NCBI GenBank assembly: GCA_964576905.1
Contig: CAZNWG010000004.1
Span: forward strand, 1-43,715
DNA length: 43,715 nucleotides
Direction: 5' to 3'
DNA from: an uncultured Candidatus Saccharibacteria bacterium
Lineage (GTDB): Bacteria > Patescibacteriota > Minisyncoccia > Phycocordibacterales > UBA918
The notes below the pieces were generated by a model. That model saw only the letters and a program-made list of their open reading frames with translations. It was not told the origin of the DNA and did no database searches. The stretch's first letter is position 1. Every line of letters starts with the position of its first letter. This document shows positions 1 through 8,682 of this stretch, in pieces. Position numbers and translations under genes: made by a program.

Positions 1-110
1 AAATACTGAAGACGGGGGCGAATGCTTTTCTCACGGGGGAGCCGGGGTCAGGGAAGACGTATGTGCTCAACCGATACATCGACTGCCATAGTGAACACTA
101 TTCCCATTAA
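1..110 (+). pseudogene. Truncated 5' fragment of a PIF1/RecD-like helicase paralog (Walker A region); runs off the left window edge
   Basis: Bases 1-85 align without gaps to 2193-2277 of the intact helicase, with 79/85 identical. Reading from base 3 gives ILKTGANAFLTGEPGSGKTYVLNRYID, then unrelated CHSEHYSH and TAA at 108-110. Confidence 0.6.
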
Positions 111-122
111 TGGGAATAGTGT
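95..122. repeat. Perfect 28-bp palindrome (14+14, no spacer): acactattcccatt/aatgggaatagtgt
   Basis: The reverse complement of 95-108 equals 109-122. It starts 10 bp after helicase homology ends and is followed by ctatttta. Confidence 0.9.
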
Positions 123-187
123 CTATTTTACTAAGGTCACGCCATAGGGAAGTATTCCATTTCCTTCCATAGTGTACTCACAATGTG

Positions 188-216
188 TTGACAATGTGAA
201 TACACAGGATTATGCT
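188..216 (+). promoter_or_regulatory. Sigma70-type promoter of the toxin-antitoxin operon, apparently leaderless
   Basis: TTGACA at 188-193, a 17-nt spacer, TATGCT at 211-216, then 6 nt to the ATG at 223. Confidence 0.6.
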
Positions 217-222
217 GTAGCA

Positions 223-489
223 ATGACAACTTTAAACATACGCATTGAGGAGAAGACAAAGAAGGAAGCGACGAAGACCCTCGCTGCGCTCGGGCTTGAT
301 ATGTCGAGTGCGGTCAAAATGTTTCTTCACCAGGTCGTGATAGAACAGGGAATTCCTTTCAAACCCACACGCACACCACGTGAAATTGTAGATGAATATG
401 ACAAAGAGGTGGCATGGGCATTGAAGCACGGGAAGCGATATACCAACGCATCAGACATGTTTGCTGATATCATGAAAGAGACTGATTAG
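223..489 (+). CDS. dinJ: RelB/DinJ-family antitoxin (ribbon-helix-helix)
   Basis: MTTLNIRIEEKTKKEATKTLAALGLDMSSAVKMFLHQVVIEQGIPF matches the DinJ/RelB N-terminal pattern. It ends 2 nt before the toxin gene. I moved the start to the internal ATG because the promoter lies inside the longer ORF. Confidence 0.85.
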   Translation: MTTLNIRIEEKTKKEATKTLAALGLDMSSAVKMFLHQVVIEQGIPFKPTRTPREIVDEYDKEVAWALKHGKRYTNASDMFADIMKETD

Positions 490-491
490 GT

Positions 492-776
492 ATGTATCAA
501 ATAGTCTACGCAAGGAAATTTGAGAAGTCGCTTACGAGACTGGTGAAGGGTGGACTCAAGAAGTCGACACAGAAGAAAATTATCGAAACAATTGATTTGA
601 TTGCGAGTGGTTCAAAGTTACCTCCGGCATACAGAGATCATCAACTCCATGGCTCGTTTGCAGAATATCGTGAATGCCATGTTCAGGGAGATTTGCTTTT
701 AATGTATCAAATTATCGACGCAGAACTTATACTCTTTATGGTCAATGTAGGTTCGCACAATGATTTGTTTTCATAA
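492..776 (+). CDS. yafQ: YafQ-like RelE/ParE-superfamily mRNA interferase toxin
   Basis: It carries the YafQ hallmark LPPAYRDHQLHGSFAEYRECHVQGDLLLMYQI...VGSHNDLF, and it is 94 aa and paired with the antitoxin. Confidence 0.85.
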   Translation: MYQIVYARKFEKSLTRLVKGGLKKSTQKKIIETIDLIASGSKLPPAYRDHQLHGSFAEYRECHVQGDLLLMYQIIDAELILFMVNVGSHNDLFS

Positions 777-834
777 TACTGTGCAATTTGCCCAAAATCT
801 TGCCGAGGGGAATTTATTACGACACTTATTTCTC

Positions 835-917
835 AAAAATAATGGACCTGTCCCCAATTTCAACAAAAATAACGGACGTATCCCCAATTTCAAAATAACA
901 GATGTATCCTCACTTTT
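835..917. repeat. About 2.7 tandem copies of a 30-bp unit (aaaaataa[tc]ggac[cg]t[ga]tccccaatttcaa)
   Basis: Copy 1 is 835-864, copy 2 is 865-894 and a degenerate copy 3 starts at 895. The repeat lies in the convergent intergenic gap between yafQ and the HDAC-like gene. Confidence 0.8.
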
Positions 918-1003
918 TCATTTTCGTACATCTACCTTGCGTTTGCCGTGATTATCGTATGGGGGGGTTTTGAAATGAGTTCAAATGTTTATAAAGAAAA
1001 AAA

Positions 1004-1020
1004 GCCCGCCGAAGGCGGGC
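1004..1020. terminator. Bidirectional intrinsic terminator hairpin
   Basis: The stem is gcccgcc/ggcgggc with a gaa loop, an A-run before it and tt after it. It sits between convergent genes. Confidence 0.6.
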
Positions 1021-1051
1021 TTAAATTCACTACACATGGCGAAGGGAAGCA

Positions 1052-2020
1052 TTATTGGCCGAGCGCTTGCACGTGTGCGGTCACACACTCACGAAGAGGC
1101 GGGATCGTGTATCCTCCTTCGAGAACTGAGACAATACCCGCACCGCATTCATCCGCAACTCCCGTGAGAATCTTGGTCAAGATTCTGAAATCAGACACGT
1201 CGAGCTGGACTTCCGGACGGAGCGCGTCATCCCTATGCAGGTCAAAACCTGCTGAGATGAGCATGATGCCCGGCTTGTGTTTCCGTATCGCCGGTATCAC
1301 CTTTCTGGTATACAGTGTCAACACCTCACGGTACCCACTACCAAGTGGTAAGGGTACGCGAATCAGCTTCGATTTTGTACCGGTTGGCATCGACCGTTTC
1401 GCGTACTTGCAGTCCTCCTGATACGATGAAATGAACAAGAGTCTCTCGTCGTTCGCATGTGCGATGATCTCCTCCGTCCCATTTCCATGATGACGATCGA
1501 AATCAACGATTGCGACACGAGCGCCTTGGCTTCGCGCTTCAAGTGCTCCGATCGCGACATTGTTGAGGAGGCAAAAGCCCTCACCGCGCTCTCGGCCGGC
1601 GTGATGGCCGGGTGGCCTAACCGCGCAAAAGACGCGCCGACGGTTTCCAAGAAGAACTTCTTCCACGCCGTCACGGACCGCTCCCGCCGCAACCTGAGCC
1701 GCGGTATATGAAACATTGGACGTGCCCAAATACCACTGAAGATACTTGCGGTTTCGGAGCGTATAGAGCATGCCCCGCAAACGGGATATGTCCAAAGACC
1801 CAAAGAGTACATTGAGGTACTCACTCGAATGTGCGCGTAACAAGATCGAATCTGGCGCAATAGATCCCACTCCTTCACGATAGACAGGAAGATCCAACTT
1901 GGTGGGAATCTCACGCAAAACAACCAGTCGATCCGGCGTCTCGGCGGTAAACGGATATGGTTCATGGTGTCGACAATATTTGGGGTGGACCCAAAGCACC
2001 TCTTTCGAGTTTAAGGGCAT
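1052..2020 (-). CDS. Histone deacetylase-family (HDAC/AcuC/acetylpolyamine amidohydrolase-like) Zn hydrolase
   Basis: Motifs RPPGHHAG, FCLLNNVAIGA, VAIVDFDRHHGNGTEEI, SAGFDLHRDD and LEGGY are present. AGGAGG lies 8 nt upstream of the ATG at 2020. Confidence 0.85.
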   Translation of the reverse strand: MPLNSKEVLWVHPKYCRHHEPYPFTAETPDRLVVLREIPTKLDLPVYREGVGSIAPDSILLRAHSSEYLNVLFGSLDISRLRGMLYTLRNRKYLQWYLGTSNVSYTAAQVAAGAVRDGVEEVLLGNRRRVFCAVRPPGHHAGRERGEGFCLLNNVAIGALEARSQGARVAIVDFDRHHGNGTEEIIAHANDERLLFISSYQEDCKYAKRSMPTGTKSKLIRVPLPLGSGYREVLTLYTRKVIPAIRKHKPGIMLISAGFDLHRDDALRPEVQLDVSDFRILTKILTGVADECGAGIVSVLEGGYTIPPLRECVTAHVQALGQ

Positions 2021-2155
2021 GATATGCCTCCTATCAATGAAACTACACAAAAAATTTATACATCAACTTCTGCCGCGAATATATCATCGAAATCGGACTT
2101 TGTCAAAATGTTGCCTTAAATTCACCTCTGAAACGCAACTATCGTTGCTTTGAAA

Positions 2156-2164
2156 TGCTATACT
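2156..2164 (+). promoter_or_regulatory. Extended -10 (TGcTAtAcT) 6 nt before the helicase ATG
   Basis: The sequence reads tgctatact + agtccc + ATG(2171), with no SD. Confidence 0.5.
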
Positions 2165-2170
2165 AGTCCC

Positions 2171-3853
2171 ATGACACAGGGGCAAACACTTGAAATACTG
2201 AAGACGGGGGCGAATGCCTTTCTCACGGGGGAGCCGGGGTCGGGGAAGACGTACGTGCTCAATCAGTACATCGACTGGCTCATGGCGTGCGATATCTCTG
2301 TCGCGGTCACCGCGTCGACCGGTATTGCGGCGACCCACATTGGCGGTACCACCATCCACTCGTGGGCGGGTATTGGTGCGCGCGACACACTCACGCAGTA
2401 CGACCTCGACAACATTATGACGAACGAGAAAACTGTCCGCCGTGTGAAGAAAGCGCGCGTGCTCATCATCGACGAAATCTCAATGCTTGATGGACGGGTG
2501 CTCGAAATGGTGGAGACGGTCTGTCGCACCGTGAAGCAGTCGGGAGAATCTTTTGGTGGCATGCAGGTGGTACTCGTGGGAGACTTCTTCCAGTTGCCAC
2601 CGATTGCGGGGAGGGGGGAGATGTCGCGCTTTGCCTTTGAGTCGCGTGCGTGGGAGAGTGCAAAGTTCCTCACGTGCTACCTCACTGAGCAACACCGCCA
2701 GGAGGACGAGCTCCTCTTGGGGCTCCTCAACTCCATTCGGAAGAACGATGTCGATGAGAGCCACTACACGCTCCTCGGCGAACAGACTGATATTGGGTAC
2801 ACCGACATAGAGCCGACGAAACTCTACACACACAACAGCGATGTCGATAGCATGAACACTTCGCGACTCCGGGAGCTCAACTCGCAGAGTGTGCACTTCA
2901 AAATGGACACGAAGGGCACGAAGCATGTCGTCGAATCACTTGTAAAGAACTGTCTTTCACCCGAGACGCTCGAACTGCGAAAGGAGGCGATGGTGATGTG
3001 CACGAAGAACAACTTTGAGGCGGGTTACGTGAACGGCACCTTGGGTCGCGTGACTGATTTTGATAGAGAGGACGGGTTCCCTGTGATTGAGACGAGCGAT
3101 GGGAGGAGCATAAAAATCTCTCCGCAGTCGTGGTCAGTCATTGAGGACGGGAAGGTGAAGGGGGAAATCACTCAGGTACCACTCCGGCTCGCGTGGGCTA
3201 TCACCGTGCACAAGAGTCAGGGGATGTCACTCGACGCAGCAGAGATTGATTTGCGGAATGCCTTCACCTATGGGCAGGGATATGTGGCACTCTCGCGCGT
3301 ACGCTCGCTCAGTGGTATGAAGATTATTGGCCTCAATTCACAGGCGCTTCTCGTGGACCCACGCGTGGTGCATCGGGATGAGCACTTCCGCGAGGAGTCG
3401 GACGACGCTGAGTTTGTGTTCAATGAAATGGAGAGTGAGGAAGTGACCACGATGCAGAAAAACTTTGTGAACGCATCGGGAGGTAAGTGGGCAGAGAAAG
3501 TGGAGGGCAGAGTGAAGCACGCGGGTGTACCTGTGCGTGAGAATACGTATGCGGTCACCAAGGAACTCGTAGAAAAACGCATGAGTGCGAATGAGATTGC
3601 AAAGGAAAGAGGTATGGCACTCTCTACCATTTGGTCACACATTGAAAAACTTGCTGAAGATAAGGAGATTGGGAGAGAACACGTCGAGAAGCTTATTCCA
3701 TCACAAGCGGTATGGACGGTGGCGTATCCCCACATAGAGAAGGCATTTGCAAAACACGGTACTGAAAAACTGAAACCGGTTTTTGAAGAACTCAATGAAG
3801 CGTACGACTACGACCTCATTCGACTCGGGAGACTCATGTACACCTATAAGTAG
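2171..3853 (+). CDS. PIF1/RecD-like SF1 DNA helicase with a C-terminal helix-turn-helix tail
   Basis: It has Walker A GEPGSGKTY and Walker B VLIIDEISML, plus VLVGDFFQLPP, ITVHKSQGMSLD and YVALSRVRS. The C-terminal segment is ANEIAKERGMALSTIWSHIEKL. Confidence 0.9.
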   Translation: MTQGQTLEILKTGANAFLTGEPGSGKTYVLNQYIDWLMACDISVAVTASTGIAATHIGGTTIHSWAGIGARDTLTQYDLDNIMTNEKTVRRVKKARVLIIDEISMLDGRVLEMVETVCRTVKQSGESFGGMQVVLVGDFFQLPPIAGRGEMSRFAFESRAWESAKFLTCYLTEQHRQEDELLLGLLNSIRKNDVDESHYTLLGEQTDIGYTDIEPTKLYTHNSDVDSMNTSRLRELNSQSVHFKMDTKGTKHVVESLVKNCLSPETLELRKEAMVMCTKNNFEAGYVNGTLGRVTDFDREDGFPVIETSDGRSIKISPQSWSVIEDGKVKGEITQVPLRLAWAITVHKSQGMSLDAAEIDLRNAFTYGQGYVALSRVRSLSGMKIIGLNSQALLVDPRVVHRDEHFREESDDAEFVFNEMESEEVTTMQKNFVNASGGKWAEKVEGRVKHAGVPVRENTYAVTKELVEKRMSANEIAKERGMALSTIWSHIEKLAEDKEIGREHVEKLIPSQAVWTVAYPHIEKAFAKHGTEKLKPVFEELNEAYDYDLIRLGRLMYTYK

Positions 3854-3854
3854 T

Positions 3855-4265
3855 ATGCAGGGTGTTGGATGGTTTCGGGTGAGGAGGAGAGTGAAGACCC
3901 GGCGCCTACGGCGCCGGGGCAGTGACGCGCACTACCGCGCGCACAAGGAACGCGCGCGTGCGCTCGTCCATGAGCGCCTCGCGTACTGGAGTGCGCACTA
4001 CGGGTGTTCGTATGGCAGAGTCGCCATACGCGACCAGCGCACGCGCTGGGGAAGTTGCTCGAGCAAGCAGAACCTCAATTTCAACTACCGCATTATCTTC
4101 CTTCCACCACACCTCGCGGACTACATCATTGTGCACGAACTGTGCCACCTCCTTGAGCTCAACCACTCGGAGCGCTTTTGGGCACACGTCGCGCGCGCAT
4201 GCCCCGAGTACGTAGCACACGTGCAAGAACTGCGCACAATCAACATGCACACACTCACTTCGTGA
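3855..4265 (+). CDS. YgjP-like (DUF45) M48-family metallopeptidase-fold protein
   Basis: It contains RWGSCSSKQNLNFNYRIIFLPPHLADYIIVHELCHLLELNHSERFW (HExxH). It starts 1 nt after the helicase stop. Confidence 0.85.
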   Translation: MQGVGWFRVRRRVKTRRLRRRGSDAHYRAHKERARALVHERLAYWSAHYGCSYGRVAIRDQRTRWGSCSSKQNLNFNYRIIFLPPHLADYIIVHELCHLLELNHSERFWAHVARACPEYVAHVQELRTINMHTLTS

Positions 4266-4287
4266 GTTTTTCGATATTGGTGAAGAG

Positions 4288-4296
4288 TGCTATGAT
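4288..4296 (+). promoter_or_regulatory. Extended -10 (TGcTAtgAT) 6 nt before the ATG
   Basis: The sequence reads tgctatgat + gtacca + ATG(4303). Confidence 0.45.
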
Positions 4297-4302
4297 GTAC
4301 CA

Positions 4303-5538
4303 ATGAAAAAATTTGGATTGTTTTTTGCTTCGGCACTTTTTGCATTTTCGGCGTTCATACACCCCGTATTTGCAGAGGAATCAACCGTAACCATTTACTT
4401 TTTTGGACGCAACGACTGCGCACACTGCACGGAAGAGAAAGCGTTTTTGAAAGAGTACCAGAGTACGGTCGAGGGCGTGACCTACACCTACTACAACGTC
4501 ACTGAAGATGCGAGTGCCAAGGAACTCTTTAATACCGTCATAGAAAAACACGGCCTCTCACACATTACGCCACTCACCGTCGTGGGGGATTCGGTCCTTC
4601 AGGGTTTTGATACCAAAGAGACAACGGGTGCTCAGATTATCGATGCTGTGGCGCGCGCGCGAACGTCAGACATTCGCACGCTCGACGACCACATCGCGCG
4701 CGCGCCAAAACAATCAGAAAGTTTTGTGGGTAGTGGCTGTGACTCAGAGGGGACAGAGTGTACCTCAACGGTCAATCCAAACAAGTTTCAATTCAACCTC
4801 CCCATACTTGGGATTGTTGACTTGAGAACATTTTCACTTTTTTCAATTTCGGCAATTCTTGGCACCATTGATGGTTTCAACCCGTGTGCAATGTGGGTAC
4901 TCATCACGTTCCTCGTCCTCCTCACGCAGGTCGGAGATAGAAAGAAGATGATATTTGTCGCGGGACTCTTCATCCTTGCGGAAGCCATCATGTACAACCT
5001 CATCCTCAATGTGTGGTTTACCACGTGGGACTTTGTAGGGCTCGATGCGGTCGTGACACCACTCGTTGGAGTGCTCGCACTCGGTGGAGGGGCATTTTTC
5101 CTCTACCGTTGGCACAAAAACCGTTTCAAGCCACTCATCTGTGACATTTCTGACCTCGAGACGCAGGGAAAGACGATTGCCAAAATTCAAAAAATTATCG
5201 AACAGCCCACAACCATCATCACCGTGCTCGCGGTTATTGCGATAGCGTTCTCCGTCAACATCATCGAATTTGCGTGCTCGATAGGTATTCCACAGGCGTA
5301 CACCAAAATCCTCGAGCTCAACGACCTCTCCTTCATTTCACGCCAGTTCTACATTCTCGTGTACACCCTCGGCTACATGGTCGATGACCTCATTGTCTTC
5401 GGGCTCGCTATATGGGGCTTCTCACGCCTTGAGTCACATGGCCACAAGTACTCCCAACTCTCACTCCTCATCGGTGGTTTCCTCATGCTCCTTTTAGGCG
5501 CGATACTTATCATTGACCCTGCGATTTTTGTGCTCTAG
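4303..5538 (+). CDS. Secreted thioredoxin/glutaredoxin-fold domain (CAHC) fused to a polytopic DsbD/CcdA-like membrane domain
   Basis: There is a signal peptide, then NDCAHCTEEKAFL. Multiple TM segments follow, with GFNPCAMWVL and EFACSIGIPQ cysteine motifs. Confidence 0.65.
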   Translation: MKKFGLFFASALFAFSAFIHPVFAEESTVTIYFFGRNDCAHCTEEKAFLKEYQSTVEGVTYTYYNVTEDASAKELFNTVIEKHGLSHITPLTVVGDSVLQGFDTKETTGAQIIDAVARARTSDIRTLDDHIARAPKQSESFVGSGCDSEGTECTSTVNPNKFQFNLPILGIVDLRTFSLFSISAILGTIDGFNPCAMWVLITFLVLLTQVGDRKKMIFVAGLFILAEAIMYNLILNVWFTTWDFVGLDAVVTPLVGVLALGGGAFFLYRWHKNRFKPLICDISDLETQGKTIAKIQKIIEQPTTIITVLAVIAIAFSVNIIEFACSIGIPQAYTKILELNDLSFISRQFYILVYTLGYMVDDLIVFGLAIWGFSRLESHGHKYSQLSLLIGGFLMLLLGAILIIDPAIFVL

Positions 5539-5611
5539 GGTGTCAAAAACCACACGTGCCCACTGCTCCAAGGTGGTATACTACTCTCATATTCGTTATT
5601 ACAGCCCTACC

Positions 5612-5983
5612 ATGTTTGGATTATTTCGTTCACCAGATACTGATTTACCTCAATCAAATTTTACTCATTCGAAAGATGATATTATTGCAGCGTTCGCGGA
5701 AGATGAGGCGATGCAGATGAAGCAGAAACAATTCGCAGCCGAGCTCGGAGTGTCTCTTGAAGAGGCAATAGAAGTACGTAAAAAGATTTCAAAAGAATAC
5801 AATGATGCACATATGGTGCGAGGTTTATCTGAGGCAGAGGCAATTGCGGACGTCATTGAAAAAAATCAGAGCTATACCAATGAGCAGATATCAATCATTC
5901 TTAGATCTATATGGGGAGTCGATATGCCCGGAGTTGTTGAGGATCCCCGTGGGCATGAGTCAGTGCACGGTACCCTACACTAA
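5612..5983 (+). CDS. Hypothetical protein
   Basis: This is an ORF from an internal ATG. The longer TTG-started version overlaps the previous gene. I recognise no family. Confidence 0.4.
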   Translation: MFGLFRSPDTDLPQSNFTHSKDDIIAAFAEDEAMQMKQKQFAAELGVSLEEAIEVRKKISKEYNDAHMVRGLSEAEAIADVIEKNQSYTNEQISIILRSIWGVDMPGVVEDPRGHESVHGTLH

Positions 5984-6038
5984 TCACATCTGTTCATGCG
6001 TGACAGTGCACTTTTCATAAACCGTATCGTATATAACC

Positions 6039-7046
6039 ATGCTTTTTAAAAAGAAGAAATTTTCAAGGGAGTCATTCGCAGGGGTGGGTATTATACTCAT
6101 CTTTGCATCGGTTGTGTCCGCATATGCTTATTTTCTTTCGGATGTACTCAACGACCAGTATTCTGTGAGTAACACAGAAATCGGTGGTGGAGCACAACAT
6201 GCGGAAGAAACAAAGAAAGCAGAAGAGGGCACAACAAACATTTGGGAAAATCTTTCAGTACATGGGCTCAGTGGCGAATACTACGAACTCAGTATTCAGG
6301 GCGTTGCAGATGAATTTGCATCTGAAAATTGTATCGGTGGCAGTGATGATGCAACCATTTTTATTCGTGGGAACGGTGATAGTGCAGACCGTAATCAAAT
6401 CCTTGTGGTACAAGATGAGACAAAAGGGAAGCGTACTTCTGTTTTGGCATACGGTGTGCGCGATGCGTGCACCGCACCGCTCGACGGCGACCCCGCAGAG
6501 GTGACCATACCGTACAACGAAAAGGGGTACATCGTCACCACGCGTGCGCTCGGACGACCGACGCAGAGCTTTGAGTATACCATTCAGGGAGACCTCATGT
6601 TTGCGAAAGATGAGTTTGACAATGATTTTCTCGTGCTCGGTGTGCAGAGTGACACGGGTTTTTTTACCGAAACTCAGATGCGCTCTCAGAAAAAAATGAA
6701 GGGAGCCCCGACAGACATCTCGGGACTTTTTGAGTGGAGTGGTTCGGTGTGTTACTTCAGCCCGGAATACCACTGCTCTGATGATTCTGATTCACACACG
6801 TGCGCTCCGGCACAGGTGTGCTGTTTGGATACCAATGAAGACGGTATTTCTGATTCGTGTACTGATGCAACCCCAGCGAGCGATGGTACGGCGACCTGTG
6901 TGACAGGGACACTCACCGATGTCGCATGTCGTGTGTACACAGACGAGTGGGTATTCAGTATAGATGATTTTGTTGCATCACTCTGGAATGTAGATGATGC
7001 AGGTCATTTTAAAGATGCACAGATACGGTTGTATCCAGTGCAGTGA
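6039..7046 (+). CDS. Hypothetical secreted or membrane-anchored protein with a Cys-rich C-terminus
   Basis: It has an N-terminal basic segment plus a TM (MLFKKKKFSRESFAGVGIILIFASVVSAYAYF). The coding-like composition has no competing ORF. Confidence 0.55.
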   Translation: MLFKKKKFSRESFAGVGIILIFASVVSAYAYFLSDVLNDQYSVSNTEIGGGAQHAEETKKAEEGTTNIWENLSVHGLSGEYYELSIQGVADEFASENCIGGSDDATIFIRGNGDSADRNQILVVQDETKGKRTSVLAYGVRDACTAPLDGDPAEVTIPYNEKGYIVTTRALGRPTQSFEYTIQGDLMFAKDEFDNDFLVLGVQSDTGFFTETQMRSQKKMKGAPTDISGLFEWSGSVCYFSPEYHCSDDSDSHTCAPAQVCCLDTNEDGISDSCTDATPASDGTATCVTGTLTDVACRVYTDEWVFSIDDFVASLWNVDDAGHFKDAQIRLYPVQ

Positions 7047-7076
7047 GTGTTATATACAATTAATTCAATAGCATAT

Positions 7077-7346
7077 ATGTCATCAACACATTTTGAGGGA
7101 AGCAACGAAAAGCTGACACCACGTCAAGCACAAGCGCGTGGCATGTATCCACTTACTCCAAAGCAAGCACGAGCACAGGGTATTCCATTCGAAAAACAAA
7201 GAAGTATAGAACCAAAAACAGGCGCAGACGGTGAATATGATCTCGGAGTGACAAGTGCAGTTTTTGGTGATGAACCGGGACCAAAACCACTCTATGAACT
7301 ATCCCACGATGGAGATAAAAATGATCCTCTCAAGCGTGCTCATTAG
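7077..7346 (+). CDS. Hypothetical small protein with an internal LTP[RK]QA[QR]A[RQ]G duplication
   Basis: This is an ORF only, with the start chosen at its first ATG. The track start at 7047 is a GTG. Confidence 0.35.
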   Translation: MSSTHFEGSNEKLTPRQAQARGMYPLTPKQARAQGIPFEKQRSIEPKTGADGEYDLGVTSAVFGDEPGPKPLYELSHDGDKNDPLKRAH

Positions 7347-7418
7347 TTCATTTCAGGATATATCGCTTTTTCCTCCTTGGTATATACTATATACATTTAT
7401 ACACTAATTTTATAAAGC

Positions 7419-7688
7419 ATGAGCCATCCATTCGAGCAAATTTTTGAAAAAGCTCTCGAACGAAGTCGTGGTGATGAGAACCATGTACTCGGAGAGGCAG
7501 AAAAGTTGCGTGAAAGTGGGTACGCAGGAAGTGAGATATACACAGTGCTTCGTAACATGAAGCAGTCACACATCAACCCGGCCGATGAAGAGATTCTCGA
7601 CGAGGCGCTCGAAGAGTTCGCGCAGTATGTCGAGATAGACAGTATCTCTGAGTCAGAAGAGGTCACTGATGATTGGGAGGATGAATAG
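7419..7688 (+). CDS. Hypothetical acidic protein
   Basis: An 89-aa ORF with an acidic C-terminal tail, followed by a terminator at 7755-7783. Confidence 0.45.
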   Translation: MSHPFEQIFEKALERSRGDENHVLGEAEKLRESGYAGSEIYTVLRNMKQSHINPADEEILDEALEEFAQYVEIDSISESEEVTDDWEDE

Positions 7689-7754
7689 CGCCCAAGACTC
7701 ATTTTTTATACTGTGGAGCTCACAGATGCCTTTAGTGTTTTGTATCAAAATATG

Positions 7755-7783
7755 AAAAAGCGCCGATAGATTGGCGCTTTTTT
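7755..7783. terminator. Bidirectional intrinsic terminator
   Basis: The sequence is aaaaagcgcc-gatagatt-ggcgcttttt, lying between convergent genes. Confidence 0.7.
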
Positions 7784-7802
7784 GATTTTGGAACGTTGCC
7801 GT

Positions 7803-8138
7803 TCAGCAAGTGTGCTTGTTGCAGTGACGACAACCAGTCGTCACTGAGCCTTCGATAATCGGTCCAAGTCCAAACTCACGGACGATCATCACCAAAAACT
7901 GGATCTTTCGCCTCACTTCCGTAGGCGCCTGGGGGTTGATGACAAACCAGAAGTCGCATTCGCCATCGGTGAGGTGAAAATCGAAATCTTCCCGTATGCC
8001 CGGGTTAAGTCCTTTGTCGATTGTCTTAAGGACATCCGCAAGTTTCGCAACAGTGACGCCACGTTGGGGGATGCGGACCTTCATCCTGCAGAGGCCGATG
8101 TTGTCAGCTGGATCTGGGATGCAAACAATTTTGGGCAT
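7803..8138 (-). CDS. Hypothetical protein (C-terminal CRHCNKHTC)
   Basis: A 111-aa ORF. I recognise no family. Confidence 0.45.
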   Translation of the reverse strand: MPKIVCIPDPADNIGLCRMKVRIPQRGVTVAKLADVLKTIDKGLNPGIREDFDFHLTDGECDFWFVINPQAPTEVRRKIQFLVMIVREFGLGPIIEGSVTTGCRHCNKHTC

Positions 8139-8231
8139 TCAAAAAACTCCTGTAAAAGATTGTAGGTGGGAACAACAAAAACCAATATGATAGTATACAG
8201 AAATAACTATTTGTCAATATTTAAAAGAATT

Positions 8232-8258
8232 AACCCAAAACGCGGAGCGTTTCGGGTT
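8232..8258 (-). terminator. Intrinsic terminator hairpin
   Basis: aacccaaaacgc-gga-gcgtttcgggtt forms a 12-bp stem with one mismatch (a G.U pair on the minus strand) and T-rich flanks. Confidence 0.5.
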
Positions 8259-8282
8259 ATTTTATCTTTTTAGTCAAGGTCT

Positions 8283-8612
8283 TCATTCGTCTCGTCTTTT
8301 TTCAGGAGTGAGACCGTCTGATATCCTAAGTTCGTGTTCTTGGGCATCTCTCATGAAGGACTCATCAGTAATAGGTAAAGAGAGGGCATTCTTGACCTGT
8401 ATGATTATTGAATTAAATATTTCCTTCGGAATACTTACGTTCGCTCGGGCGGTGAGTCTAACTTTTCTCTCAGTGTCTAATGCGAACATGTACTCTCTTC
8501 CTTCCCACGTGACGATACATCTGTTTTGTCCTTCATGTAGTTCGTACCGCACACCATCCACTTTCCAAATTTTAGGTAGTTTTGAGCTTTCACCTCCTTC
8601 AAATCCTGCCAT
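8283..8612 (-). CDS. Hypothetical protein
   Basis: A 109-aa ORF with its own downstream hairpin. Confidence 0.45.
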   Translation of the reverse strand: MAGFEGGESSKLPKIWKVDGVRYELHEGQNRCIVTWEGREYMFALDTERKVRLTARANVSIPKEIFNSIIIQVKNALSLPITDESFMRDAQEHELRISDGLTPEKRRDE

Positions 8613-8682
8613 ATCGTATTTGCTTATGTATAAAAATTGTCATTCATCATGTCAAAGAGAGGGGATGAGTCCATGACACACC

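Noticed and set aside
172-222. The N-terminal extension of the antitoxin ORF (MYSQCVDNVNTQDYAVA...).
   Set aside because: A canonical TTGACA-17-TATGCT promoter lies inside this extension, and homologous DinJ/RelB proteins begin at the MTTLNIRI-type sequence.
948-1965. ORFs 948-1421 (+), 1363-1965 (-) and 1457-1711 (+), which overlap the HDAC-like gene.
   Set aside because: The 1052-2020 minus-strand frame carries the full set of HDAC catalytic motifs and an AGGAGG SD. The others are overlapping-frame artefacts.
3268-3795. A 175-aa minus-strand ORF inside the helicase gene.
   Set aside because: It is a Ser-rich shadow ORF opposite a well-supported helicase frame.
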